DNA of 64,000 nucleotides. Origin: Phoronis australis. Taxonomy: Eukaryota; Animalia; Phoronida. Shown piece by piece: positions 36,131 to 48,456 of the stretch. The stretch's first letter is position 1. Every line of letters begins with the position of its first letter. Location of the stretch: NCBI GenBank assembly GCA_002633005.1, contig NMRA01000651.1, positions 56,096-120,095 on the forward strand, read 5' to 3'. The position numbers and the translations under genes were made by a program. The notes below the pieces were generated by a model. That model did not search any database. It saw only the letters and a list, made by a program, of their open reading frames with translations, and was not told the origin of the DNA.

Positions 36131-38912
36131 CATCTGAGTCATCTGAGTGAAGGACCGACATCACTACACAAGGTACATCCCATCACTGCACACGGGACAT
36201 CCCATCACTACACAAGGTACATCCCATCACTACACAAGGGACATCCCATCACTACACAAGGGACATCCCATCACTACACAAGGTACATCCCCATAAACCC
36301 TCCATCCCCTGAAGAACTACATCCTGAAGTGTGTGGATGCTGACAGTTCGAATCAGTGGCTGATTCACTAGCCTTCTGTTTCTTATACAAAGTCTTGATT
36401 TTCTGCAAGCAGCCCACCCAACTCCTAACTCACGAAGTCATTGCAAATGATGATGTTCCGATTCCTCTTGGTCCTTCTTTACCTTCTCCCTGACCATATT
36501 CACAATTTCCAGTTTATCAGGACACAGCTTCCCTTCTGGTTTTGCTTTCCCAGCCAGCTCATCAGCACGTTCATTCCCCCTAACTCCAACATGGCCTGGG
36601 GTAAATATCCAGGTGATCTTTTTCAAAGTCACCTTTGTTAGGACCTCAGTCCATTCAGCTCTCAAAAGTCCACTTTCAATTTTGTTCAGAGTACTTTGTG
36701 AATCTGTAACACATGTGCTTGCCGAGTTGTTGTGACCAACTCGAGAGCCTGTGTAATTGCTTCTATCTCCATTCTCATGCTGGAAGTTGTCATATTGTAA
36801 GCTCCCTGCTGTTCCTGCACTAGTCTGCCATTTACAGTCACTGAGAAACCCCATCCAGATTGTTCCCCTCTTTTAACAGATCCATCCATGTAAACAACTA
36901 CATCTCCATGCCAAGAGTTGTCTTCAATAAGTTGTTTTATTTCAGCATCTGTCGTCCCCTGCGCCCACTCTCTACATTCTCTGCTCAACGTGATCACCAC
37001 CTTTCCAAAATCTGCCTGTTGTTTCTCATTCATCTGAATCCACTCTTCTCCCCGGCGTATAGTTTCCAGTGCACAGACATCTTTGATGGTGTCTTCTGCC
37101 TGAGTCATCCAAGAAGCTCCTCGTTTCATGCGGTTGCCCTTGGTTGTTCTGATGGATGCATGAAGTGAATGTTGCTTATCAGCTGTTACTCTTAAGTATG
37201 CTGTGACCCGAGTCCATAATCAATGACTCCCAGAACCAGTTGTTGATACTGTAGTAGCAGTAATCTCTGTTCCATTCCTGCAGCTGCCATGACCTTGACT
37301 GCATTCAGTCCCTTCTTTGCCCTTACAACAACCACATCAATGTGCTCCCTGAAGGAAAGACACCGATCAAAATCTATTCCCAGATATCGCATCCTCTGAC
37401 ATCTTTGAATATTCTTTTCATCAACTGTGAACTCTGGGACGTTTGACTTTACTATCCGATTTTTTAAAGAGCACCACAGGACTGCAGCCTTTTGAGGATT
37501 GATCACCGCACATGATTCCTCACACCACTCCATAATTTTGTTCACATCTTGCTGTAATTCATCTGCCGTCTTCTGTCGATCTCATCCCTGCCTGTAGGCC
37601 AGGATGTCATCCGCAAAAGATAGTACTCGCCCTGGTCCGTCACTTCTCATGGTTGCTATACACCTAGTGTACACGTTGAAAAGGATAGGCGATAGGGGCG
37701 AGCCTTGTGGGAGTCCAGGTCTTATCACTTGTGGGATTGAAACCCATTGACCACATCGCAACGCTACTTTTCTTTCCAACATTGCTCCTGAAATCCACCC
37801 AACAATCCATGGATTAATGTCACAATCAAGCAGAGCAAACATTAATTTTTCATAATTCACATGGTTGTACGCATCTTCCAAATCCAATACCATTGCCACG
37901 GTCTCTTCTCCTTTCTGAAACCCTTCATAAACATCATATGTGAATGTCTCAGCATTGTTCCAGGTATCCTTTCTAGGTCTGTAACTTTCTAACTCATTAG
38001 ACAAGCTATTGTTCTCGAGCTCTTCCATAAGTATTCTTGCAATGCATTTTTCTAGCCCTTTCCCATATACATTTTGTATGGTGATGATGCGGTATTCATT
38101 CAGTTCATTATGATTCTTCACAGGTTTTGGCAGTGGTTTTAAATAACAGTAACCCTTCTTCTGGTACGGTTGTGTTTTTAATGCTGTTATTATTATCATT
38201 CACAACTTTTTCCAGTTCCTCATCACTGAGCTCTTTCAAATGATTGTATTGTATCCCATCAGGCCCTGGGCTTGTGTTCTCAGTGATCTTTAACACAGAC
38301 TTTGCAAATTCTAATTTGATGACATTGTTGTACTCTTCATCCTGCCTGAGTCCCTGCAAAATTTGACGAACTTCATTTCTTGTTTCGGCATCACCCTGAT
38401 CTGTCTGTGCAACATCTAGTAAGAAAGGCTTCTCCTTTGCTTGCATCATCTCTCAAGACAGTGCTTCCATCAGAGCTCTTGATATCAGGCATTGAGTTTA
38501 CTTGGCATCTGTTATTCATTCTGTGGTGTAGCTTCCAAAATTTCTGTAGGCCCTTGTCTTGCCCAACTTCCCTCACAAACTGCTCCCATTGTTTTTTTTT
38601 GCTTCTTTAGCGATCTTCTTAAAATCCTCGCATTTCGTATTCTTTATTTCAGCAGCCTCCAGGACGACGTGCTGTTCAACTGCATTGTCCTTACGTAATT
38701 TTTGCCATTTTTTAACTGCTTGTCTTTTGCATTTCCATGCCTCATCACACTCATTATTCCACTATGGTGGTTGTGTAAACTGCTTCTTGCCAGGTTTTCG
38801 CCTAACTTTGTTTCGTAACTTTCCTAAAGGCTGTGTATCATCTTTCCCATAGAGGAAAGCTTTTCTCTGGCAACTCTTTCTCTGTGGCTTCCGAATTTCT
38901 TTTTCAACCATC
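36131..38912 (-). mobile_element. 5'-truncated non-LTR retrotransposon with RT + RNase H (I-group-like, e.g. Ingi/Nimb)
   Basis: Minus-strand ORF pieces: SPGPDGI, DLEDAYNHV, GLPQGSPLSPILFNVY, FADD, YLGIDFDRCLSF; RNase H motifs YMDGS, EIEAI, TDSQS, PGHVGVRGNERADELA. Many frameshifts. Inserted inside the CCGTA MITE copy starting at 35956. Clade assignment is tentative. Confidence 0.88.
36158..36290. repeat. 22-bp minisatellite, ~6 copies, in the 3' end of the RNase-H LINE
   Basis: Unit catcactacacaagg(g/t)acatcc. Confidence 0.88.
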
Positions 38913-39083
38913 ACAAAATTGCAGTGCATTGCTATCAAACTTTGTTGTTAAATTACAAGCATTTTTCAGAAAATCCCAGGGAACTCTTACCAAATTTTAG
39001 AAATACACAATACTGATTGTCCTGAATTCAAGAAAGACGAATTTTGCATTGGCAGCTATTTCTCTTGATTTTATCTGCAACTT

Positions 39084-39603
39084 TGATGATACAGAGTGTA
39101 GTGTCTAATGATACAGAGTGCAGTGTCTGATGATACAGATTGTAGTGTCTGATGATACAGAGTGTACTGTCTGATGATACAGAGTGTAGTGTCTGATGAT
39201 ACAGAGTGCAGTGTCTGATGATACGGAATGCAGTGTCTGATGATACGGAGTGCAGTGTCTGATGATACGGAGTGCAGTGTCTGATGATACGGAGTGCAGT
39301 GTCTGATGATACGGAGTGCAGTGTCTGATGATACAGAGTGCAGTGTCGATACAGAGTGCAGTGTCGATACAGAGTGCAGTGTCTGATCATACAGAGTGCA
39401 GTGTCTGATGATACAGAGTGCACTGTCTGATGATTCGGAGTGCAGTGTCTGATGATACAGAGTGTAGTGTAATGATACAGAGTGTAGTGTCTGATGATGT
39501 AGAGTGTAGTGTCTGATGATACAGAGTGTAGTGTAATGATACAGAGTGTAGTGTTTGATGATGCAGAGTGTAGTGTCTGATGATGCAGAGTGTAGTGTCT
39601 GAT
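39084..39603. repeat. 22-bp minisatellite, ~24 copies
   Basis: Unit tgatgatacagagtgcagtgtc, with length variants. Confidence 0.93.
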
Positions 39604-41289
39604 ATTTGAGAAAATTGTTGAATGCCAAAATGACTGATTAAAAACTAGACGATAGCTGCACAAATAAGAAAGTTCATGTTCAGTCAATGTTTCATCTATT
39701 CATCAGACATCATCAGAACCAGCATGCTACTGATTCTCTGAATAACCTGCAGAGCTCAGTGACCCTGCAACTATGTACTGACTATATTCCCTGTATCTCT
39801 CAATTTGCTTTATGGATGTTATGTTAACACCTTTTTAAGTCAAAATTCCATGTTTAACAAAGGTACATTCGTAGCAAAATAACCCCTCAGTCGACTTTAA
39901 TGAAACCGTTTTTTAACGAAAACATCTCTAGTTACTTCAAAAAATCTGTTAGGAATGTTCGTTTAGCCTTTTGGTTTGATTTCTATGACAAGTCAACTCA
40001 GAATACGTAAGGTATTTTTGTAAAAATAGAATTCGTATTCATCTTTATTACATTACACAAAAACTAGGCCTTTATATCAAAAATACTAACTGCATTTTTG
40101 AGATTGAAGAATAAATATTAAGTTTGGAAAGTTTCAGCGAAATTCACCAAGCCGTTTTCGATAACTTATGTTTCTAAGTTCAAATTAAGTTGATTTTCCG
40201 GAAGTCAAGAAAAAGGCGATTATGTGGTTGAGTCAAGGACTTTTGTTAATTATTCAGTGACAACTTGTTTTTGGTCAATAACCTATACACCCCATAGCCT
40301 TGTTCAGTATTTAACATTCACCCTGAGTGTCGTCTGAATTTGCAGTGCGTAATTAACTTAATTAGCACAAAACTTTTCGTTTTAAACAAGTCAATCTTGT
40401 CACGGGTGGAACCAGTAGGTCAAGCTAGTGCATTGTGGCTGACTTTAAAGTAGGTCAACAGTTCATTGTTAGACACACATGGCGCTATGAAAACCAACTA
40501 TGAAATGGTTACAGAAATCGGGTCGTTGGTTAAAGCACGTTGTGAGTATGAGATCAAAATGGCAAAATGTCAAATTACCCGAATTAAGGAATTTGGGTGA
40601 GGATTTATCTCTTTTCGCAACTTGATGTGTTCGTGAACACAAAGTCACAGAGGTGTGAGCCGACTTACAGCATTCATTCTCAACAGTCGTATGCATGCAG
40701 TTATACAGCTCTGAGGATCAAAGCCTACGTTTTGTCTTCTTTTTCCCCCGGCATCTTCTTATCATATGTAAACGTCGTTGACGCAATGACGACTCGGTGA
40801 ATGAAAGAACTGAGGATACATACAGAGCTGCTCTGTGCCTGATTTGATTTGAGTGACAGCCCTGTAACCTTTGACCTCAGATAAGTAGTAAATGCAGGTG
40901 TGCGGTTTCAAGGTGGTTCTGCCAAATCTTTTTTTCTTGCTACACTGTATATATTTCGTATTTGAAGTTCCCCGAGAATGAAGATAAGGTATTTTGCTAG
41001 ACTTGTGAAATATTGTAAAAATGGCCAATTTTTGTGAGTAAGTTATCCTTAATTGTAGCTTGAAATTTGGTCTTGCACTCTCCGGCAGTTACTGACAAAA
41101 GGTTTGCCAAATAATTTTGTGCACATCACTGCCTAAACTTTATTATAAAAAATTGTCTCAGTGACATGTTATTATGTTATATTCTCAGAAAAATTGCACT
41201 TTTGCTTAAGTGAAGTTTAGTAATTTTTCTGAAATAGTTGAGTGTAGCGTAAGACCAAATGTCTGACTTAAGTCACTTTTCATGAAAAA

Positions 41290-41440
41290 GACCCCAGGAT
41301 AAGTACATAGTGACCCCAGGATAAGTACATAGTGACTCCAGGATAAGTACATAGTGACCCCAGGATAAGTACATAGTGACCCTAGGATAAGTACATAGTG
41401 ACCCCAGGATAAGTACATAGTGACCCCAGGATAAGTACAT
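41290..41440. repeat. 22-bp minisatellite, ~7 copies
   Basis: Unit gaccccaggataagtacatagt. Confidence 0.93.
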
Positions 41441-42201
41441 TGTTTCTGAAAGTATAGTCAGTAGAACTTGATTTTTTACTTGGTGCCATTCTGCCATTGA
41501 ATGGGTTACCTGAATGCGTTTTTCAGTAAAATTTAGCAGAAAGGTAACTTCAGGTAATTTCATTGCAAAGGAGTCGCATAAGTGGCATGACCAAATTTTT
41601 TTTGATAAAAATTTTTGAGAATGAAATCTCAAAATCAATGTTACAGGTTCCTAAACCATTGCTTTGCTTTCATTTTATACAACTTTTGTTTTTTTTTCAT
41701 AAAAATCATAAATTCTCTAAAATTACATTTTGTGACAGCCTCTCTTGCAAAAATTGATCATTTTAAAGTCAATTCCGAAGTTGTAGTGTTTTGTAGAACA
41801 GTGCACAAAGTAGTCTTATCTGAACATTTCAATTGATTCATTTCAGTCATTTCTGAAATATTTCCTCAGGTCCTACGGTACATAGCCTGATATGGGCATT
41901 TACTGGACAATTACAGTAGTGCCTTATGTTTCTTGTTTGTTGTTCTTGTTTTTGTTAATATTTTTGCTATGGTCATGTGGAGCTATTTTTTCTCTTTGAG
42001 GTATTGATTTGTGTGTTATCTTCTAAGGGTTTTCAAATAAACTTAATGTCTCAAGGAGGGTATTATATATGAAATAATCATCAGTGTTGGGGATATGTTA
42101 TGTCTTACACACCCACCATAGTCATCAATGTTTAAATGCATTAGGGAATGAGTATCGTGTGTTCTTGAGATAGCAGCATTTCAAGAAATTTATTCAAAAA
42201 C

Positions 42202-42353
42202 AACATGGAATATTTAAAGTAATATTTTTGTTACACTGCAGTTTTAAGCCAGATCACAACATGAATATTTAAAGTAATGTTACACTGCAGTTTTAAGCCA
42301 GATCACAACATGAATATTTAAAGTAATGTTACACTGCAGTTTTAAGCCAGATC
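42202..42353. repeat. ~49-bp tandem repeat x3
   Basis: Unit aacatgaatatttaaagtaatgttacactgcagttttaagccagatcac. Confidence 0.85.
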
Positions 42354-45300
42354 GCAGACCTGTGTGACGGCATCATGCGGGCACCAGTTGATTTTCAGAC
42401 GGATTTGACCATTGCAGCATTCCTTACAGACTGATTTGGTCTTAACAAGAAGCTTTTTTCACAAAACGTTTGTCGATGATAAAGAACTAAAAGAATAGAG
42501 TTGTAGGAGAAAAATATCTGTCACAAATTTCTAATTCTGGTGTGTGAGATTAACTGAGTTGACAATAGACTTTTGTTCAGGCAGGAACATTTTGTGATGA
42601 CAATAGACTATTTTGTTCAGGCAGGAACATTTTGTGAATGATGTATATTAAATCAAGCATGTGAATCAACTTCCCAATCTTGTGTTTAATCCAGACCTAG
42701 TGATAACTTGGTGTCTTTCCGTAAGAGGAGTTATTGAGAAAGCAAGGACAGTTGTAGTGGAACTTCAGTGTACCTGAGATATTGAGAAAGCAACATCAGA
42801 CTACTAATGCTTGTTGCATACAAACATTTGGAAAAAAATGGGCACTCTTATAACTTTGCCGTTTGCAATCCCGTGCAAGCAGAGTAAATGCTCTGCATGG
42901 CTGTTGTTTCTGTTTCAACTGGATTACTAGTTCATGTTTACAATTGTTATTAGTTAGATATAGTAATGTTTTAGCTAAACATAACTTTAACTGGTTTACT
43001 TGTCTATGTTTACAATTGCTTTGTTAGATATAGTAATGTTTTAGCTAAACATAACTTTTTTGAGTCCTCTTGATAAAACTGTTTCCTCTTCAGCTTGCCA
43101 CATACAATTAGTATTGATTTTGTCAAGTGCTTGTCTTTGATCAGTTTTGTCATTTGCATTAGGAAGTAAGCATTTTGATCACTTCTTTCTGACCTCGGTA
43201 CAGAACAACATCTCAAGGATATTAGTTACCTTTGATGCCAGGCTTGCTCCATTCCTGGATAACAAAGTAAGGTGAACAATTGAAGTCTTTTAAAGTCATT
43301 GATTAAAGTCGTCATTAACTCAAATGAGTTGTTCAATGCATGCTTCTGCTCCGACTCAAAGGACTTGAGAGATTGGTTTGTGTAAACCAAGTACAGTAGA
43401 GTCATGTTTGCATTCAATATTGTTGCTTACTTCAAGACAAATGGCTTTTGAAATAGTTTTAAATTAAATTGGCTCTTCAAGTAACAAGAAACATTGAGTT
43501 TTTATGTGGGATATTTTATTTCATGAAGCTGTAATTCTTAATTTGAATTTTTAGGCGTGGTTGGTATGGTGGTTATAGTTTACCATTGAAATGCTACATG
43601 GTTCAGGTGGACTCTGCTTAGAAATTGAGACTAACAAGGTTTTGTCTGTGCAAGAGACTGCTGCCTAATGTTGCATAGACAGTAAACACGCCTCTTAAGT
43701 TATTTATAGGTTTTAAATAGTTAGACTTCACTCCCAGTCTCAATTTGCCATGATTAAACTATGTTAAATGAACTAACTGCTCCATACTGAAGGTCTACAA
43801 TGGGACAGGCTCAATTCACACGATGCAGGGTATGGGGGGGGGGGGNTTTGGGTAATGAAACTCATGCAAAGTTGTTAATTCGAGACAAAATAAGTGAAGT
43901 CTCCTGTGCACAAGTCTTTATCTGCTCTTGATACAAAGACACAACAAAGGAAAGCAGTGGTAGTGTCCCATAGGTGATAACCATGGAATGCATTTACGCC
44001 TGGCCTGCCGCAAGGATCTCGCAAATTAAACAACACCTTGCTACTTCCATTTGACATCATGGCTTGGCACACGATATGACAGACAAAGAATATTTAATTT
44101 TGTCAAATTTTACACTATTGTTAGCTTGGTTCATACTGCGCAAACTTTATAAAACAGTATTTGGTCTAATTTCCTTTTTTTGTAACATAGTAAACTACCT
44201 TAGTTTGGAAAATAGGAAAATGATAATTCAGGCATTCATTTTTATTTGAGTTATCGTAACACAGAGTCATTTGGGTGGATTAATGAGAAACTAAAAATAA
44301 AGTTATTTGTTCTTCATTATAACAAGTAATCAATTTCAAATTCACATTTTTTCAATAATAAGCCTATTTTTTTTAAATGTTATTTTATTCATCACAGCTG
44401 ATTGAACTTTGTAGATTAATACTTACCTCTCAATGTGACTATATAATTACATCCTGAGTACTTCTAATAATAAATTGCCCTATAATTGAAAAGCTTAATT
44501 GATCATGTACAATTAATGAACATTTAGTTCAAAATAACCAGCCCGTGTTTTTGTTCATTACTGCATTAGTGAAGCTTGAATATAGGCCTGATGTCTGGGG
44601 GTAGACGCTTAACCAGAAGTGCGCGCTTAAATTGGAAATTTCAAAAAATTGAGTTTGGTCACTTTAACAAATATGGGCGCTTCACCTGAGCCAGACTGTC
44701 ACCCTGGTCACCGATAACTTTCCATATTAAAATCCACAGGCTCGAAATTCAAAGAATTTGTCATGTGGCTATTTACCAACATGAATTTGAATGATTGTCT
44801 CTAGTCATCACCTTTACTTGAATGATTGTCTCTAGCCATCACCTTTACTTGAATGAATGCCTCTGAGCCATCACATATATTCGAGTTTGAAGTTTGTTGA
44901 GACAATACAAGTTGAAAAATACCTGCCAAAATTCTATGTCTGACCTGCCGTATGAATGTCTCCTGCAGCTAAAGATGCAAAGTTAGATAAATTTAAAGGC
45001 AAACTCATTCCTTTTGTTCTCAGTTCCAAATTTTACAACTTGAATGTTTAGAAAACAGACTTTGAAAATCTTCCGTGAACTAAGGTGTTGTCTTGGTCAA
45101 ATGACGCACTGATGCATGGGAACAATGTAGTGTAAATTTCACAAGAAAAAAAATTCTGACTTATGTTGTTTACGTATTCACTTTTTCTTTTTGCATTGAA
45201 TAAACAAAATATTTCGACTTTCCATTATCCAGTGATTCCAGATTTTTATTATCAGTGATTAGAGTATGTGCCATATATGAAAAAATAGGTCAGTCACAAG

Positions 45301-45706
45301 GTGTCATGGGGGTCCACCATGTCTGTCATTTGGCCTTCAAAGGTAAACGAGGCTCAGGGATTCAGCTCTCAAATCTGTACAAGATTCCCAGGTCATTTTC
45401 ATTATTTTATTGAAGCTTAGAATGGCTGATCATATTCTTCGTAAGTCTTCAACAACACGGCAATTTTTAATGCATTGTAGGAGACGCTAACAGAGTTCGA
45501 TTATCCCAACAATGAGTGCAATTACGCTGCAGGGATATACCCAGGTTTCAAAACCCTGCTCGCCAGCTGGGCGAGTGAGCCAGAAAATCTGCTCGCCCAG
45601 CCCGAAGTTCAGTCTCTTGGCCATTTACGTCTGTTACCACAAACTTGCTGCCAGTGTCAATAAAATTCATCGTTTGGTGCCTTGATGTCACCATCTATTA
45701 GGGCTA

Positions 45707-46790
45707 CCGTATTCGCCCTAATAAGCGCCCAGGGTGCTTAGAAAAATTTGTTTCGGAATGGGGGCTGTTGTAGCCTAATGTGTTTGAAACCCGGTCTCCG
45801 AAACAGGTGAAATGGGAAGCTAGGATTTATCAAATTTACGTGCTGTGACGCATCTATAACCTATGATAGACTTTCTACAAAACTGGTGCATTGCTATCAA
45901 ACTTAGTTGTTAAATTACGATCTTTTTAAAAGATATATGCTGAAATCCAGGGCGAAAACTTGCTGACTAATGCATCACTACCTCGCGATCGTCGATAAGG
46001 CAACTTGAATTCTTGAGTAAAAATACAGTTTCGACTCAACTAATTACCTGAAGTCCTCCTTAAGTTTTCCAAATAGCGTCCTTAGATTTTTAAGTTCCTG
46101 TGGAGTTGGGATTAACTGCAGATTAAGTCCAAATCTGCTCAAGATCGCACCCCGCCACAAGAGAAAAATTGGGACGAACACACATGTTGTTGTCATGCGA
46201 CGTTTGTTTTGCAGTTAGTCTGCAGGTGTGCACCGAGTGAGCGAGCGCGTGTGTGTCATCAGTGTTCATTTGCCAGAGTAGCAGCAGGCCCACATATATG
46301 TAGGCCCTGGCGCGTGCTTCTTGGCCACGTTCTAATTAACACTGGTCAAGTTTCGATTCGCAGTTTTTACGTGTACAAAGTAATCTGGATTCCTGTTGAG
46401 GGAGAAGATCTGAAAGATACAATACAATCCCGTTGACAAGTACACTGTGTCTGTTCTCAGTGAAAGGCCTGACCATAGTAGGACACGTTCCTCGCAAGAT
46501 CAGCAAAACTTTTGTGTTAATTTTGAAGCACTGCTGAAGTTTGAAGTGTACAGTCAGGCTAAATACTGGCATAGCGGTGAGACTCGTGGTCTAGAAATTC
46601 CGTGCACAATCATTTTTCAGGACTGTTGGATACTGCTGATAAATTGAAGACATCACTGTAGAATTTTAGAACTGTAGGTAAGGCATTTTTCTCATATGTA
46701 CATGTTCATGGATTTGGCGCTTATTAGCGAAGTTTGAAAACGAGTGGGGGGCGCTTATAGAGGCATGGGCACTTATTAGGATGAATGTTA
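45707..46790 (+). mobile_element. TA-target CCGTA-TIR DNA element, family A copy 2 (HIRAN-like remnant)
   Basis: ta|ccgtattcgccctaataagcgcc ... gggcacttattaggatgaat. Uninterrupted version of copy 1. Confidence 0.8.
46355..46647 (+). pseudogene. Degenerate HIRAN-domain coding remnant inside DNA transposon
   Basis: Reconstructed across frameshifts and a stop: SIRSFYVYKVIWIPVEGEDL..YNPVDKYTVSV..TIVGHVPRKISK..LKCTV..GLEIPCTIIF. Fits the HIRAN pattern (RG..Y, N.D..AV, VGH.P). A second copy lies at 5031-5158 + 5479-5657. Confidence 0.65.
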
Positions 46791-48456
46791 TTATTTATAA
46801 AATAGTTTGGGCTAATATGACATTGTACATTATAGTAAAAAATCAGTTCCAAGAAATATGGTATTTCACGTGCTGTGAGCATATGTACCGGTCTTCCGCT
46901 TTTCTCCCCGTTTCTTCATTTCGGACTAGTCCACAAATTTCTTTGTGCACGACCATACACAGTAATCTTTTGTCTAGACAAATCGCGTAATGGGTGACAT
47001 CTATTGAATTGGTAGGATCGCTCTGCGCCCATGTTTTTTACTGCCGGAGCATCGACACGCTGACCAAACTGAACCTTAAATTTATGATAAAAACAACACG
47101 AGGAGAAAATTTATTCATGGTCATCTGGGAAGTTATATAGTGCTTTTGCACTCTGAAAATTCGCTTGCCACCTGGGCAACCAGCAAGTCAACTTCTACTC
47201 GCCCAGCACCATTTTTACTCGCATTGGCAACTGGGCGAGTGCCTAAGTATATCCCTGTATTGAATATCGACTTCGTTTGATTCTCACTATTGGCAAAACA
47301 TTGTAAAGACAGTGCAGTGTGACTTAGCTGTATATCTGGAGTTACATCTTCACCCTGTACCAGAACCTAAATAAAATTTCAGTTGTATGTACGAGTCCAA
47401 AATGTTGTAAATTAGGGTAATACCCATAAGACCATGATTATGATCTTAAAGTTATGTAGGACCATAGAAAAATGTTCAAATTGGCCATCTTCAGAACATC
47501 GTATCTTAGAAATGGCCGATCAGGTTCAAACAAGATACTACCATTGCTTTATACACTGATTTTCATGACAAAACTCTAAAGGTGCATAAAATGAGAGAAG
47601 CGTAATCACATTTTTTGAAATTTTGCGCATTAATCATCAAATGAAATTTGATCAGGTACTTTATATCATTGTTTTGCTATCGATATACCTTTATTTTTTG
47701 CTAAATTTTACCAGAAAGGCATTTCCATGTGATCCAATAAGGCATATTCGTAAAAGAAAAAACCTAATTCTATTTTCAGAATGTTTATTCTTTAATCTAT
47801 AACTTGTAGAGATCTTATTTAAAACACAGCGTTTAGGATAAGGTCATACATAACCTTAAATCCATGTTGGACCCAGTATAACAATAGCCAAATTTGGTTA
47901 ACTTGGGAACATCATAGCTTAGAAATAGCTGATCAGATTCATATGAAACTTTCAAAGACCATGCCCTGTTTTTGTGTTAGGAATCGTTTTTAAAATTTCA
48001 ACTTTTGCGTGAAGGGCTATCAAAAATAGGACTCACATGATTTTCATGAAGTGTTTAAAGTTCCACAAAAAAGGAAATGATGTTTTAGAAAACTGTACCA
48101 TTGTTTTTGATTTATCACCTTGCTGTCAAACCTTTTGTGTTAAATTTTACTTAAAAAGACCCTGTGAGCCCATTTATAACAGAGTGGTAAAAATTTAAAA
48201 AATCAAATTCTACAGATTTTCTACTTCCAGAAAAGGCGTATTTCCACTGAGTTGAAATCTCTATTGAAATCAAATAGATGTTGCAATGCCGTGCAGGTAC
48301 CGTATGTAGCACACCCTTGAGAAAGAGCGCACCGCTCGATACGTGGGGATATTTTAATATATTTTAGTACCGACGCTCGTCATTTTAGTTCTACTAGTTT
48401 TACTATTTGAAATCTAGTTTTCTAGACACCAACACAGACATGTAGATGAGGTACTA

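Larger units (their letters stand above)
35956..38980 (+). mobile_element. CCGTA family A copy 3 (left part), split by the RNase-H LINE
   Basis: 35956-36130 matches the left end of family A. The match resumes at about 38913 (acaaaattgcagtgcattgctatcaaac). Confidence 0.75.
45530..47257 (+). mobile_element. hAT-like non-autonomous element (copy 2) with nested CCGTA MITE
   Basis: Perfect 11-bp TIR CAGGGATATAC / GTATATCCCTG with subterminal ctcgcc repeats. No TSD seen, so the superfamily call is tentative. Confidence 0.8.

Noticed and set aside
39860-41052. Possible TTAA-type DNA transposon (also 47440-48370)
   Set aside because: Looks repeat-like, but I could not match TIRs or TSDs or find a second copy in the window.
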